From Takakia lepidozioides (taxonomy: Eukaryota > Plantae > Bryophyta): a stretch of DNA of 64,000 nucleotides. The stretch covers positions 1,054,001 through 1,118,000 of the forward strand of contig CM060733.1 of assembly GCA_030704615.1 (NCBI GenBank). The letters are read 5' to 3'. Positions 26,340 through 38,425 of this stretch are shown piece after piece. Under the pieces are notes generated by a model. It worked only from the letters and a program-made list of their open reading frames with translations. It was not told the origin of the DNA and searched no databases. Both the position numbers and the translations under genes were made by a program. The first letter of the stretch is position 1, and every line of letters begins with the position of its first letter.

Positions 26340-27015
26340 GTTTTAGGATGGGACTCCCGGGCAGGAAAAAAAAGGGGATGCGACGCCGCGCCGACGCCCC
26401 CACCAATGCCGTCGGCTGGAGGGCCGCGACGGCGAGACGTCGCTCGAAGGAGGCCCCTGCCATCGGCGCGGACGGCCTGAAAAGCGACGTCCGGTAATCG
26501 CGGGAGTTGGGGCGGGGGCTCGCGACCCCCATACGTCGCATTTTGGCGACGCCCATGCGACTGCCGAGCAACGGCCGGGCGTCGCAAATTTTGCGCCTGC
26601 CCCCTGCCTGGAATGGGCGTTTTCCCGACGCTGCGGCGTGGCTCGGGCGTCGCAAAGGCCCCCTTTTCCTGCCAAACGACTATTGGGCGTGGCAAAAAAA
26701 AAACAGCAGGAGCAGGAGTCGGGCTCCGCCACGCTCGGGCATGGGTTTTCGCAACACTCTGGCGTTATTTTTTTTAAAATATTTAATCAAAAAAGAAAGA
26801 CGTGGCGCAGGCAGGGTGACGAGCTCCACGACGCCAGGGCATCGCGGCTTGCGACCCCCGGACCAAAAAAACACGTCGCAGGGGGTGTTGGGCGTTGCCG
26901 CCTGCAAATGGGTTTTGCGATGCCCGACCGTCGTGACTTGCGACGCCCGCCCAAAAAGCACGTCGTCATTGGCGACGTCCTACAGTCGCGAGGGTAGCAT
27001 GGTGGGGGGGGGGGG
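26340..27015. repeat. GC-rich CACTA-type subterminal motif cluster (tgcgacg/cgtcgca), related to 10980-11250 and 18300-18545
   Basis: Many gcgacgcc/ggcgtcgc motifs separated by A/T runs. Confidence 0.65.
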
Positions 27016-27895
27016 TTAGGGGTTGATTTTGGGGATGAATTGGGGGTGGTTTTTTGTTTTTTGCCTGGTTTTGTTTTTGGGGATGGGAGACCTTACTGTT
27101 CCTTTTCTCTGATTTAGCAGGTACACAATTGAGCAAGCATGAATCAAGGGTGAGGACGGTGCGACACATGAATAAGATGGAAGATGGAAAGATGGAAATA
27201 TATTTTCAGGAAATGAGCTGAAAAGCTCACAAGGGTTCAATAGGCTGACCCTGGGACCTACATGGACTAGGACTAGTCATCCTCATCCTCATCCTCAGTG
27301 GAGGTGTCATGGTTTTGTTTGTGATTAGTTAAAAATAGTTATTTCTAGCTAAATAGGAAATTATATATTTTAACTAATTCTGGACTTTTGTTTGGTCCAG
27401 AAATAATACAAGATATATGAATAATTATAATCTATAATAGAAATAAAGAGATATATCTATAATTATTTGACTATTTGTGCACTATATAACAACAAATTAT
27501 GTAATCATCCACACATTCTACGCAAAAATACAAGTATGTATTGTGGTCTTAGATGAACATCCACTGCCAAGTTGACGTTCATTAAAAGGAATGGGAAGAT
27601 GCAATGAATCAAACAATGATGAGAGCTCCGATATCCAAAATGACATACAGAAACAAACATGGAATAATGGCAGAACCAAATATGAAACAATGATGGCATG
27701 TGATGAAGAGGACAACATGGAAAAACGAGTCTGTCGGGACCTGATTGATGATATGAAACATTCATATTTTATTTGAGATTATATTATTCAAGGCGATGGA
27801 CCAACAGAAAAATGAACGTCAATTGTCCATCCGTTCATGGACTTAATGCCATACAAGCCATTGATTCTGAAGGCATAGAACCGTTACGGCTTATA

Positions 27896-30490
27896 CTAAC
27901 TCATTAATAATACTGAGCCTCCTCCCAAACGGATCGCAGTCAAGGCATGTGTCCGAAGACGCCTCCGGTTACCACAACCACTTGCAACGGTCTCCGCTCC
28001 AGAGGACACGGAGATACTTTCAGGAAGGGGAAACCGGCTGACATTGTCATCTGAAATGTTACTGCCAACTCTACTTGATGCCCTTGAAGCCTCCCGGCAT
28101 GCCCGCCATTCTTCCCAATCACGCAGCTCTTGTTCCTCTTTTAGAATTCGTTCCTTGAATGTAACTGGGGAGAGGCGATGGAAATGACAAATGTTAGGCC
28201 CAAAGTCGAAGTTTTGCATATGGATATGTTGAGGTAAGAGTGCAAATGCAGCTGCAAAAGAATTGGAAAATCAAATTATGAACAAACAAGATAAGAGTGG
28301 GATCCACGTGCCTACCAAGGTAATCAGGTTCCTTTTGTTGTGGGATCCAAATACGAGGATCAAGATATCTTCCATACCAAGCCCAGCAAGCATGGTCTCG
28401 ACCAATAGGCTTATGAGAACACTTTGCTCGCTAATGTAATCAACGACTGTTGAAGCTCTAGCCATCTCCGATATATATGGCCACACTGCTTTTGTCATAT
28501 CATCCCGGTCATGCAATCCGTTTGGTGAAGGCTTGAATGAGAAAGGGAAGAATCCAGTATTTTGTGGGTTTCGCAGGCCTTTTGATGGCTCATCATCTAC
28601 AAGAAGTATTTGCCCCTGCGTAGCAAATGGTCTACCAGGGTACCTGACAATAACACTTCGAATATCCTTCACGAGATATTTCATCCCGGGCCTGATATAA
28701 CCGGTGGTATCCTTCCAATCCTCAGCAGACCATATGAAGCAAAACTTTTTCGCTATTTTCGTGGGGACGAAGCTCTCCAACATCCTACAAAGAACACCTC
28801 TATCAGCACATGACCAAATGGCCACGTGAAAATGCTTCAATGCAAGGTCCAAAAACTCCAAGACTCCAGGCCGAGGAACCACAAACGGTCTGTCAGGAAC
28901 TTGAAGTGTCACATTCTTGAAACGAAATTTCTCCTTAAACAGTTCACCGCCGGTTGGGGGTGGCCGATAGCAGAGGAGTCCGTTGACACTCAAAATTAAT
29001 AACATCTGTTTCCTCTTCCCCGCTGTTGCATGTAAAAGATGAGAGACAAAGTTATCATGAGCAGGTTAATCACACACTGACATTAGTGTTTCTGCAATGA
29101 AAATACCCATGGCCTAGAATGATTGAGTGTATGGAAGATCTAGACGATTGTGCATAAAATGGTAAAATCTTGTACAATGTTGTGGGCTTGGAATGTTTCA
29201 AGAGGAGGGTTAATATTGCTAAGAAGAGGAACGTCGACTGCCAAGTGGAGGTTCAAGAAAGTACCTTGTACGGAGGGAAATTGATGAAGGTATCGTGCTG
29301 CATCCCCGCATGTTGAGAAAAGATGGAGTTAATTAGTGCATAACCAAACGAACAGAAAAGAGAAGAAAGTGGAGAAATGATATCGAATAGTACCGATGTC
29401 GCCTTATTGGAAAGTCTCGCTGGCGGACTTGGCATCCCAATGGACGTGTTTTGACGAGACCCCGGTATGTCCGAGGTATTCATTTTCTTCCTCGAGTCTG
29501 CTTTGTCTCTGACGAAGGACTTCTCTCCGGTGGAACCGATTTGTAGAAGAGATGGAAATGGTTTGGGGGCCTATTCCGCTTCCTCGGTGAAGAACATTGC
29601 GCCAACATTGCAGGGTCGGGAAGCCCAAAAGTTGCAATTGAAGTTTCGTCCTTGTCCTCGCCGAAAGGGTTTCGGAGAAGGGGAACGGAATGGAAATTGT
29701 CCCTTGAGCACTCCACATCCTGAATGGAATTCACACGTAACGAAGGGATTACCTCGGAACAGATTTCCAATGAAGACGTCGTTTGACAGGAAGGTCACAA
29801 TCCGCAGATTTTCTGGCCTGGAGTAAAACAAGAACATCAGACCCAGTACTAAGGAAAACAAAAGGACGAGTTAGAATTCAGATATAAGTAATTTTACCTG
29901 ACTCCTTCTGATTTGGGATGTCCAACCTTCGTGCTGGGGAGAGAAGGAGGGAAGAGAGGCAACATTGTGCTGCGGAGCCGCAGCCTCAGCCGCGTCCTCA
30001 ACGGATGACATTCTCGAGGTAGATTTCACACCTTTGACACTTAACATGGAGGGTGAGGATTGTAGAGTGAGGTCCACGAAATCCCCTGCACATTTGTCAA
30101 GTTGTCTTCCATCTTCGACATTCAATCCTAAACAATCATGCGACAGAACATCCTTTTCAGGAATGGACTGAAGAAGGGGGTCGTGCAATTGAAGGGAAGC
30201 CAAGTGCCTGGATGATGCTTCATCGTCGATGACAGAAATCTCAACAGTAGTGTGAATGTTGTCCCTCTGTAGACGAAGTTCTGATATGGAGGATTCTAAT
30301 GGAGGTCTCGACAAGAAGTTGGCATCAGCAGCATCGCCATGAACGTGCAGAAACGAACTTACAAGGTCAATGTACAGACACGAGATAACCTCCACTACAC
30401 AGTGGAGGTTGTCGGATTTGACCCCCGAGACGAGTTTCAGAGAAGGCCTGTATCTCAGAGGATCGGGATGGTATGGGGTGGAGAAACGCT
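27896..30490 (-). pseudogene. Spliced gene with Ser-rich N-terminus and an FCP1/NIF-family HAD phosphatase-like domain (28318-29020)
   Basis: LLILSVNGLL (DLNG motif degenerate), VVPRPGVLEFL...HFHVAIWS, LVKDIR, ILLVDDEPSKGLRNP; GT-AG intron boundaries visible. Confidence 0.7.
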
Positions 30491-30646
30491 TGGATGAGAC
30501 TAGGAAATAGCAAACAATTCCATGTCAATTCAGATTGAAAAGGAAATCATGGTACACAACAGTTTTTCTAGAAAAACAATACAACCTATAAAAAAACCAA
30601 TAAAAAATAAACATTGAATCACAGACGTGGTTGATCAATAAAATCT

Positions 30647-31378
30647 TTATTTTGAAGCATCATATCGGAGATTCCCGTAATTAGAATCATCAACATAATC
30701 CAAGAGAGGCTTAAACTTGCGATCGGTGGAAACATTCTGACAAGGCTTAAGTCCTATCATCTTTTTCCTGAGATAACTAGAAACGGTGTGAGATTTCTTC
30801 ATTTCAAGCAAATATTTCTGAAGAACCTTCTGGAGATAGCAAGAGTCCGTCTCAACGGATTCAAACGATTTTAGAATCAGGCAGGATTCAGGCGGGTTCA
30901 ACACACACTTAATAGCTGAATCGTCAATAAGTAGAGTGCTACTCAGGTTGTACTGACCACCAAATCTTTGCCAGACCGTCATCAATGGCTTCAAGAACAG
31001 ACTCGGTGGGTTGTATCCTGATATAAATTGAGGGTGGACATAAGTAGGATAGGAGATACAATCTTCTTGAGACATAACGAATGCCGGCTGAGGAAGACCC
31101 CGAAGCATAAAGTCCAGTATAGGTTGCAAGTTCTTGTACATCATGCAGCTCCATATACCTAGACGGAAATGTTTGTTCAACTCTGTCCACATCTCACGAT
31201 ATTTTTCCCGCCTATAGACAAGTCGAAATCCAACAAGAGCTGGTATCATGTAGTCTGTCTCGGACATTCGGGGGACACACTAGCTCTTCTGGTGCTTCAC
31301 TACTTTGCTCAAAACTCCATTCAGGTCAAAAATTATCAAGCGCAATCCTTTCGCAACTGGAGAAACTGGTGCTGCAAT
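30647..31378 (-). pseudogene. FCP1/NIF-family HAD phosphatase domain (probably the last exon of the ParB-like gene)
   Basis: LIIFDLNGVL at ~31310-31340 is in frame with ORF 30647-31267 across one TAG; HFRLGIWS, FLKPL..VW, TLLIDDSAIKCVLNP. Confidence 0.8.
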
Positions 31379-31559
31379 CTGTGAGAAATTCATACATCCA
31401 CTCAGGTGGTAATCAAGATAAACCAAGGACAGGATTGACATTGGGAGCAACGTCCACTGGACAGTCGAGGTTCATGAAAATCTAGAGCAGCCATCTACGT
31501 TTCAAACTATTCCAATGAAGCGTCAGGAAATTTTTGTTTTCTAAGATAAACCTGCCACT

Positions 31560-31906
31560 GCAAATCCCATAGCAAGAGGCATTTGACCTTTGGGTCATTA
31601 TACGGTGGACATCCTATGGATTTTTCCACGTTGAACGTTCCAAAAGTAGACCTCAAAATGCTTAAGGACCCATTTTCAGGAAGTCATCCAACCCATTTCG
31701 GACTGCAAGCTTGAATTTTCCAGCGCACACACAAGGATGGGTTGCGGGAGGGGATCTCCGGTCATCTCGGATGTAACCTCACCAAGGTAACCGACGTCAA
31801 GAACCAGGACGTAGTATCCTGGTCGAGTTCCTTTTGGTCCCTCAGAGAGGCGATACCAATCCTGTGGGTTCACAGATTTGTGATAGTCGATTGGAGGGTG
31901 AATCAT
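31560..31906 (-). pseudogene. Degenerate third FCP1/NIF-like domain
   Basis: YYVLVLDVGYL...KWVLKHFEVYFW resembles the LVLD and HF-x-V-x-x-W motifs of the neighbouring domains; several stops. Confidence 0.4.
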
Positions 31907-32035
31907 ATCATCCTGTGGAATAACAGAACAATTAATTAATTTTGAAAACTAGAAGAAGGACAAAAAAGAACATAGCTAAGATGGTTATGAGGTGTATACC
32001 CGTTTCGGGGAGGGGTTCCGAATTTGCTGATGTTG

Positions 32036-35000
32036 CTACTCGCTCTCTTTTCCTTCGCGGTGAGCAACGACCATCTCTGGCTCATCTCCTCCATCTCGCA
32101 ACGTCGACTGGGCAGTGGAGGTTGTTTGTTTGACCGGATCAGTTGGGCTGGCCCTTATTGTTAAGTCCACCTGCCTCCTCACTGTTTGAGTCGCGATGGA
32201 TTCTGTCCGGGTTTGTGTGATTTCCTCCAATTTCCGTTCATGGATCTATACGAGTTTTCTTACCGTCAGTCACATGTAATTTCAAGAAGGTGGGAAATAT
32301 TAAGATACAGATCAGGTATTGCCAAAAAACACAACCAGAACACAACCAGATGCAATACACACAATTTGTTCCATTTATAATGCTTGAAGACACCATAAAT
32401 CTCCAGGTGTCATTCGTTACCTACATCCAAATTGACATGCTGGGAGACACTTTGAGAGCGAGTTGGGCTCTGAGTTCGGCCTCTGCCTCCGCTGTTTTTT
32501 CTTGGAGACGGGCTTTTAGTCCTGCCTCTGTCACCACTGTCCATTTTTGCGGGGGACGGGCTCTTAGTCCTCCCTCTGTGTCCGCTATCTTTTGTGGGAC
32601 ACGGGCTCTTTGTCCTCGCTCTCTCTACCCTCTCTTTCGCGGGAGACGGGGACATTGGCGCTGGCTCATCCCCTTCTACAGGTTTGAACCAGTCGTCTGC
32701 ACTCCCAATAAAATTGCCGCACACCTCGATTGAGCTCGCCTCCGCACCCCTTGATGGTGAAGCAGGATTACTCTTAGTTCTCTCGCTTGAACTCGACAAA
32801 TCCCCATCCAGAATCACGACATTGTGGACCGCAACGTCTTGGGTGATGTTCTCAATACCATCCTGTGACTGAGTTCTGAAGTCCTGAATCACATCTAGGT
32901 GTCCAGCCTCCCAACGGTCTGCATTGTCACCATCGTGGCCCTCGTTGTCCCCGTTACCATCGATGCCCTCATCCTCCTCTACGTGTTCAGAATGTCTACC
33001 TCCTTCTTCCAAGTCTTCATCTTCCTCCTCCTCATCCTCATCATCGTCTCCGCCGCCAACCTCTTCAGCAACATTGTCATTCTCAATTTGAAGCTTCTTA
33101 AAATTCGCTTCAACTTTTCCTTTGCAATTTTTTTTTTTGGTTGAGTGGTTGATGTCAAGCACTCAAATGTTTCTTGCCTGCAGATAAACCCAGTCAGTAA
33201 AACAGAGGACGTGTTGGATCAAAAATGTAAAATTCATATATAAAATACAAAAAGGTTTTACACTTACATGAAGGGCGTACGTCAACATCACGCTTCCGAA
33301 GATGTTGACAGCGGACATCCCGTCTCGACAAAACAGGGAGGCCAAATAGTCGTATGTGTCGGCTCGTAGCTCATGATTATAAGTCATGCACTCTTCTTCA
33401 AAAGCTGATGGCTTCTCAGAGGGCCCTTCCAGAATCGGCTGTATTGGCTCGATTAACAGTACGGTGGAGTTGTGCTCGTCCGGATTCTGCATCTCCTCAG
33501 GTGTCGCTGGAAAAACATAGTCCAGGCACAGTACAATCCGAGAGAAAGTCTTCGTGCTGTTTTTGTAAATATTTTCATACTCTCCTGGAACATAAAATCC
33601 CTGACGGACAAGATACGATGTTCTTCCGGGACCATTTTGGATGTAGGAGACCAGATTGGCCGAGGACGGTTGCGTCAAGAAGAAAACAAAAGCATTCGTG
33701 TTCATTTTCTGAGCCACAAAGGCCTCCAGTATGTTCACATAATCGTTGGACTCAAATACGATAGAGTCGTCTTCAGAAACTGTATTGACGAACACCATCG
33801 CTATGTTGTCAAACCATTTCTTCGGTGCGAGTCGCAGACAGGACTTGGCATCGGCGAATTTTGTTTCTTCACCCATGATAGCGTAATGAGTCTTGAAACT
33901 CGCTGAAATAATCACCATGGCATCCTCTCTATCCTCATAAGCTTTCTGGATGGAGGAGACGTACTTAACAAAAGCGGCCGTGAGTGGTTTTGTCTCCATG
34001 TTCATCTTGATCTTGCTTTGGATGTAATCCGTCCCCAGTTTGTCTTTAAATGTTGAGAACTCTGCCTTATTGAAGTGGTACTTTCTCTTCACTTCACGCC
34101 ACTCGTCCTTAGTGTACGGTTCCGTGCACTGTTTGCTCCTCCGAGGCCACCCCAACACTTCCATCACATCGTCGACAATAAACCGGCGCATTTTCATGTC
34201 GTCTATGTACTTGTTCATGCCTTGAATTGATTTGTCTTGACCTTTGTAATCTCGAATGGTCAATTTCAGGTCCAGGATTTTCTGTGCAACTTTTATCAGC
34301 TGCCATCTGTTCAACCCTTGCAGCTTTGCGATAGCAGATTTCGTGAGCTGTTGTTGTTCACCCTTGTACTGTATCCCAAGCGGGTCGAGTAGCTTTCCCT
34401 ACTCCCAATTTTTGAAAATATCTTCCCAGATCTTCCAAAAGTCGTCGTCGCAAAATACCAGGACCATTGCCTCCTTAATGCTATCCATTTCTAGTATCAA
34501 ATGACAGGCAAACATGAACTCCTGCACATTCATTCAGGGATAAATTAGTTGTCACTCCGACAACAGAAGTATTCTTTAGCATAAAATGAATGTGAATATT
34601 AGATTTTGATTCCATAAATGCATACCTTCCATTGTTTCGTCTCGGACTTTGTGGTGTGATCGTTGTATTTCTTTGGCTTCCCCCTCAGGTTGAATAACAT
34701 TCGCGCATGTGCAACTTTCTCCGACATTGTTGTATCAAACTTTTGCGCCTTATTGGGATCGTTGAGGAGCTTTGACAACTTCAGGAGCCTTTGTTCATCG
34801 GTAGACCATACAATCTTCGCAGGCCACTCCCGGTAGTACTCCAGTTCGCTGTCGGCAAGATCCTCAAGAAGTTCCTGCTATAGTTAATGTAAAATGGATG
34901 AGAGAGTTGAAAGTGTGGGGACATATCCAATTTTGTAGTTCAACACCAACCTCCACTGCCCAGTGGAGGTTCATTAAAAGAGAGGTCTGGGAGGAAATGA

Positions 35001-36002
35001 AGTCCATTACCTTTGCTGCCACGATGGTGTGTTGTCCACCAATTACGAAGAACCTTGATACGTCCATCTCCTTCCATTGCTTCGGTCGCGATGAAGCAAT
35101 CTTCTCGGGATTGGAAGGGTTGATTGGCGCAAGATACACCGGATGTTTGGAGTCGAACAAATGAAGTTGGAAGAGTCGCGCTTTCACTTCGTCCTTATGC
35201 TTGATATTTAACGGCCTGTAAACCATGCTCCTTGGAGCTAGTTCCATCATGGAAACCTTCACAAAGAAGGTAATCTCGAATCCGAATGGAAATACATCAT
35301 TGTATTCCTTCGTAATCCTCTCCTCCATCTTCTCGCATTTTTCCTTGTCAAAAATCTCCCCAACTTTAGGTCTCTTGTTATCTGACATCAATGTTGGACC
35401 CCGATCCTCCTTCTGTTTCTTCTTTCCTACGGAAGTCCCGGCCTCATTGTCATCATTGCCGGCTGTCGATGACTTGCGTTTTCCCTTCTTCAGCTTTGAT
35501 GCTTCCTGTAGTGCTCGCTTCTTGCGAATGTCGTTCCCCATTGCGTAGAGAAGATCCAGAAAAATACTCCAGGCCCTCGACAAACCTACGTCTGTAAATA
35601 CAGAGCCCTTGTCTGGAAATCTAAAACCCAGTGCAACGCATTCACTCATCAATGACTTGTTCAGACGACCCACCTCCACTTTGAAACCAAACATCCTGGG
35701 GGTTCTCGCATCCTCATGCAGGAACAAAACCAACATCGGGTTTTCCTCTTCAGATTCAAGCTCTATATCGAGAGCTTCTGCGTATTTCAAGTCTGTTATT
35801 ACTCCAAGACTTCTATGATGAAAAGACAGTTTGTGATCAGGAGGTGTACTGATAGGCACGATGCCCCAATTTGTCACCTCTGGATTAAGCTAAAAAATAG
35901 CGGTATGCTCAGTTTTGAAATGTGAGGACTTCCGGGATACGAAATGCGCCACAAATATCTCCAATCAATCCCGGGACGCAATCTGGTGGTGTAGGATGTC
36001 TT
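32036..36002 (-). pseudogene. Large spliced protein: basic/NLS region, ParB-N-like domain, helical region, degenerate beta-class DNA MTase-like fold, acidic and RTKSPSP-repeat tail
   Basis: Exons join in frame at GT-AG sites: ...YRPLNIKH...FFVIGGQHTIVAAK | ELLED...WPAKIVW...LSKLLN...KQWK | EFMF...NRWQLIK...HELRADTYDYLASLFCRDGMSAVNIFGSVMLTYALH | ARNI*VLDIN...; a few in-frame TAG/TGA. Confidence 0.6.
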
Positions 36003-36324
36003 CTGTTACAACCAAACACAAATTCATTATATAATCAAATAACAGGATCTCTCTTACTAGCATCCATCATTCCAGAAATGAGAACCTCCACTGGACAGTG
36101 GAGGTTTATATGTACGAGTCTTTCTACATGAAATGGGAAATTCTCCATATTTTACAGATGTTGAAGAAAAAAACTTTCATGAAAATGAGGCTCAAGAGCC
36201 ATTGAGTACATCATCCTGAAACAGGACTAATCTACAATAGAAATCTTCGAACCTAATTCGTCCAAAATTTACTAAGGAACTTCTCGCACTATATTCAGAC
36301 GATTCTAGATTATATACCCAAGAA

Positions 36325-36978
36325 CTACAGAATGCTCATTCTTATCTCTCTGAGTGTATCAGGCGAATAGTCTGGAGGGGTATATTTTGGGGATCCGGTG
36401 ATACTATCAGGAGACGCAGGGGAGTATCCTGGAGATCCGGAGACGTCCAGTAGTTCCAGGACTCCCCCGCTCGTTTCAGTGTCCAAGAGGAAGTTTGGAG
36501 GATAATATCCTTCAGATCCTGATGTGGATTCAGGAGATGCTGGTGAGTAACCCGGAGATGCTGGATATCCAAAAACGGTCACTCGTATCGCCGCCAATGT
36601 GTCTGGGGAATATTTTGAAGGGGTGTATGTTGGATAATCTTGGGAGTAGGCAGGAGATCCGTTGATATCATTGTTTACATGAACGCTTTTTCTTATTTCC
36701 GCCAGGGTATCCTTACAGATGACTTCAGGTGTATTGTTTGGAGATTCGGATGCGTCCCGCGGGGATTCTACAGTCACATTTTCGTCATTGACAGACACTT
36801 TGTTCGGCTCCGTAGACCCCCAACTGGATTTTTCATCTGGTTCCGAAACACCATGTTTTTGATCTGGACAGTCCGCTTCCATCACGTCTACCGAACACCG
36901 TCTCTTGCTCCAATTTAATCTGGCTGTCTTGTACTCATCGTCAGACACCGGTTCCCCACCCTCGTTCCTCTTTCTCAT
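36325..36978 (-). CDS. Ser/Pro/Tyr-rich ORF with Pol II CTD-like YSPxSP repeats (possibly exon 1 of the downstream gene)
   Basis: 217-aa ATG-initiated ORF containing YSPASPE, YSPASPD, YSPDT x2, YTPS, YTPP, YPASP. Confidence 0.5.
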   Translation of the reverse strand: MRKRNEGGEPVSDDEYKTARLNWSKRRCSVDVMEADCPDQKHGVSEPDEKSSWGSTEPNKVSVNDENVTVESPRDASESPNNTPEVICKDTLAEIRKSVHVNNDINGSPAYSQDYPTYTPSKYSPDTLAAIRVTVFGYPASPGYSPASPESTSGSEGYYPPNFLLDTETSGGVLELLDVSGSPGYSPASPDSITGSPKYTPPDYSPDTLREIRMSIL

Positions 36979-38425
36979 TCTGACATAAAAACTAATCAGA
37001 GTGTGTAACTGGCTGACCCAAAGAAATATCGAACCTCCACTGGGTAGTGGAGGTTCCCAATTATCGTATCCCAGTCTCGTTGGAAAGTATGTGTCACACT
37101 TACAATGTTACACATATGATCCCATCACTCGTTCCCACATCGTCTCAAACTGATTTCAATTTTACCGTAATTATCCGATTTCGTCCTTACTTTTAAAAAA
37201 TGCCTTTCAGCTTCCGCATACAGAATTCACGCGAACCTCCACTGGGCAGTGGAGGTTCCAGTATCTGGTTGCTCATGTGCATGACATGGGTCTACGAATA
37301 CTCTACTCTGGCCTGCACGAAGCCTACTGTTAGCATATGTCTACTGTAGAATACAAGTAGACTACGCTATCGTGGTTTTTCAGAATTGCCGAATTCGACA
37401 TAATTGGATAAGAAATGAAAATTTCCATTCAAAATCGAATTTGAATGGGAAGAAATGCATCAATTAACGCTGGATTTGGGGATCAAGAAAACGGTTGAGA
37501 AATAAACATCCGAGCATTTCCGAAACCACTGTCCTCAATAAACCACCACAATGAACAAAACAAGCAATACAACCAGCACGGTAATCTCTCGCCACCCTAA
37601 ACCATTACCCTAATCGACCAGAACAAGCACACACAAACCCACCACACAAAATCACCCTACAAACCATCGGTGAATTGAAAAACAACAGTGAAGCAATGAC
37701 GCAGGAATGCACTGAAGCACAGAATGGAGCAGGAGTGAAATGAATTGACAGAGAATGAAACAGCATTGAAGCAAACAACGAAGCAAACAATGAAACAGAA
37801 ACCTAATGTGCACTAAAGCACGGACTGAAGCACTGAAGACAGTGCAGTGCAGCAGAGAATGAGGCAGGATCGAAACGAATTGAATCTTGAACATGCCACA
37901 TGAATCGAGAGCGGGCCAACACAAAACTGAGAACATGCCAACACATGAATTCAGAACAGGCCAACACAAAACGTGAAACAGAAGACGAAAAGAGGGAGTT
38001 TTTAATGTTGTATCTGCTTGTGCCGGCCATTTTGGTGCCCCTGCAACCACAGTCATTTGTTTGATACTCTCTTCCGCACCTCCGCCCGCAGGTAATTGCA
38101 CTCTGCTCTCGCCTCTACACTCGTCAATCTCCACTCGCCATTGTCCGGTCTCTCCTCCCCGCTCTTCAAATTTTGCCTATTTCACTCTCTCACCTTTCAC
38201 CCTCTCCTCTCTCTGCACTCGGCCAAGTCTGCTCTTTCTCTCCACGCTCCAGTGTCCAGTCGCTGCAAAACGAGCTCCAAAACTCTTATCTAATTCAAAA
38301 CTGTCGAAAAAGTTATACTTAAAGTTTCTCCTTTCGGTGGCAAGACTTTCTTTCCTTTAGTTAATCTTCAATCCAGTAATAGGATTTTACTGGACCTCCA
38401 CTGCCCAGTGGAGGTTACTAACTTC

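Noticed and set aside
26233-27019. Multiple overlapping ORFs (also 10890-11489 and 18711-19131)
   Set aside because: They are by-products of GC-rich repeat DNA open in many frames, with no domain signal.
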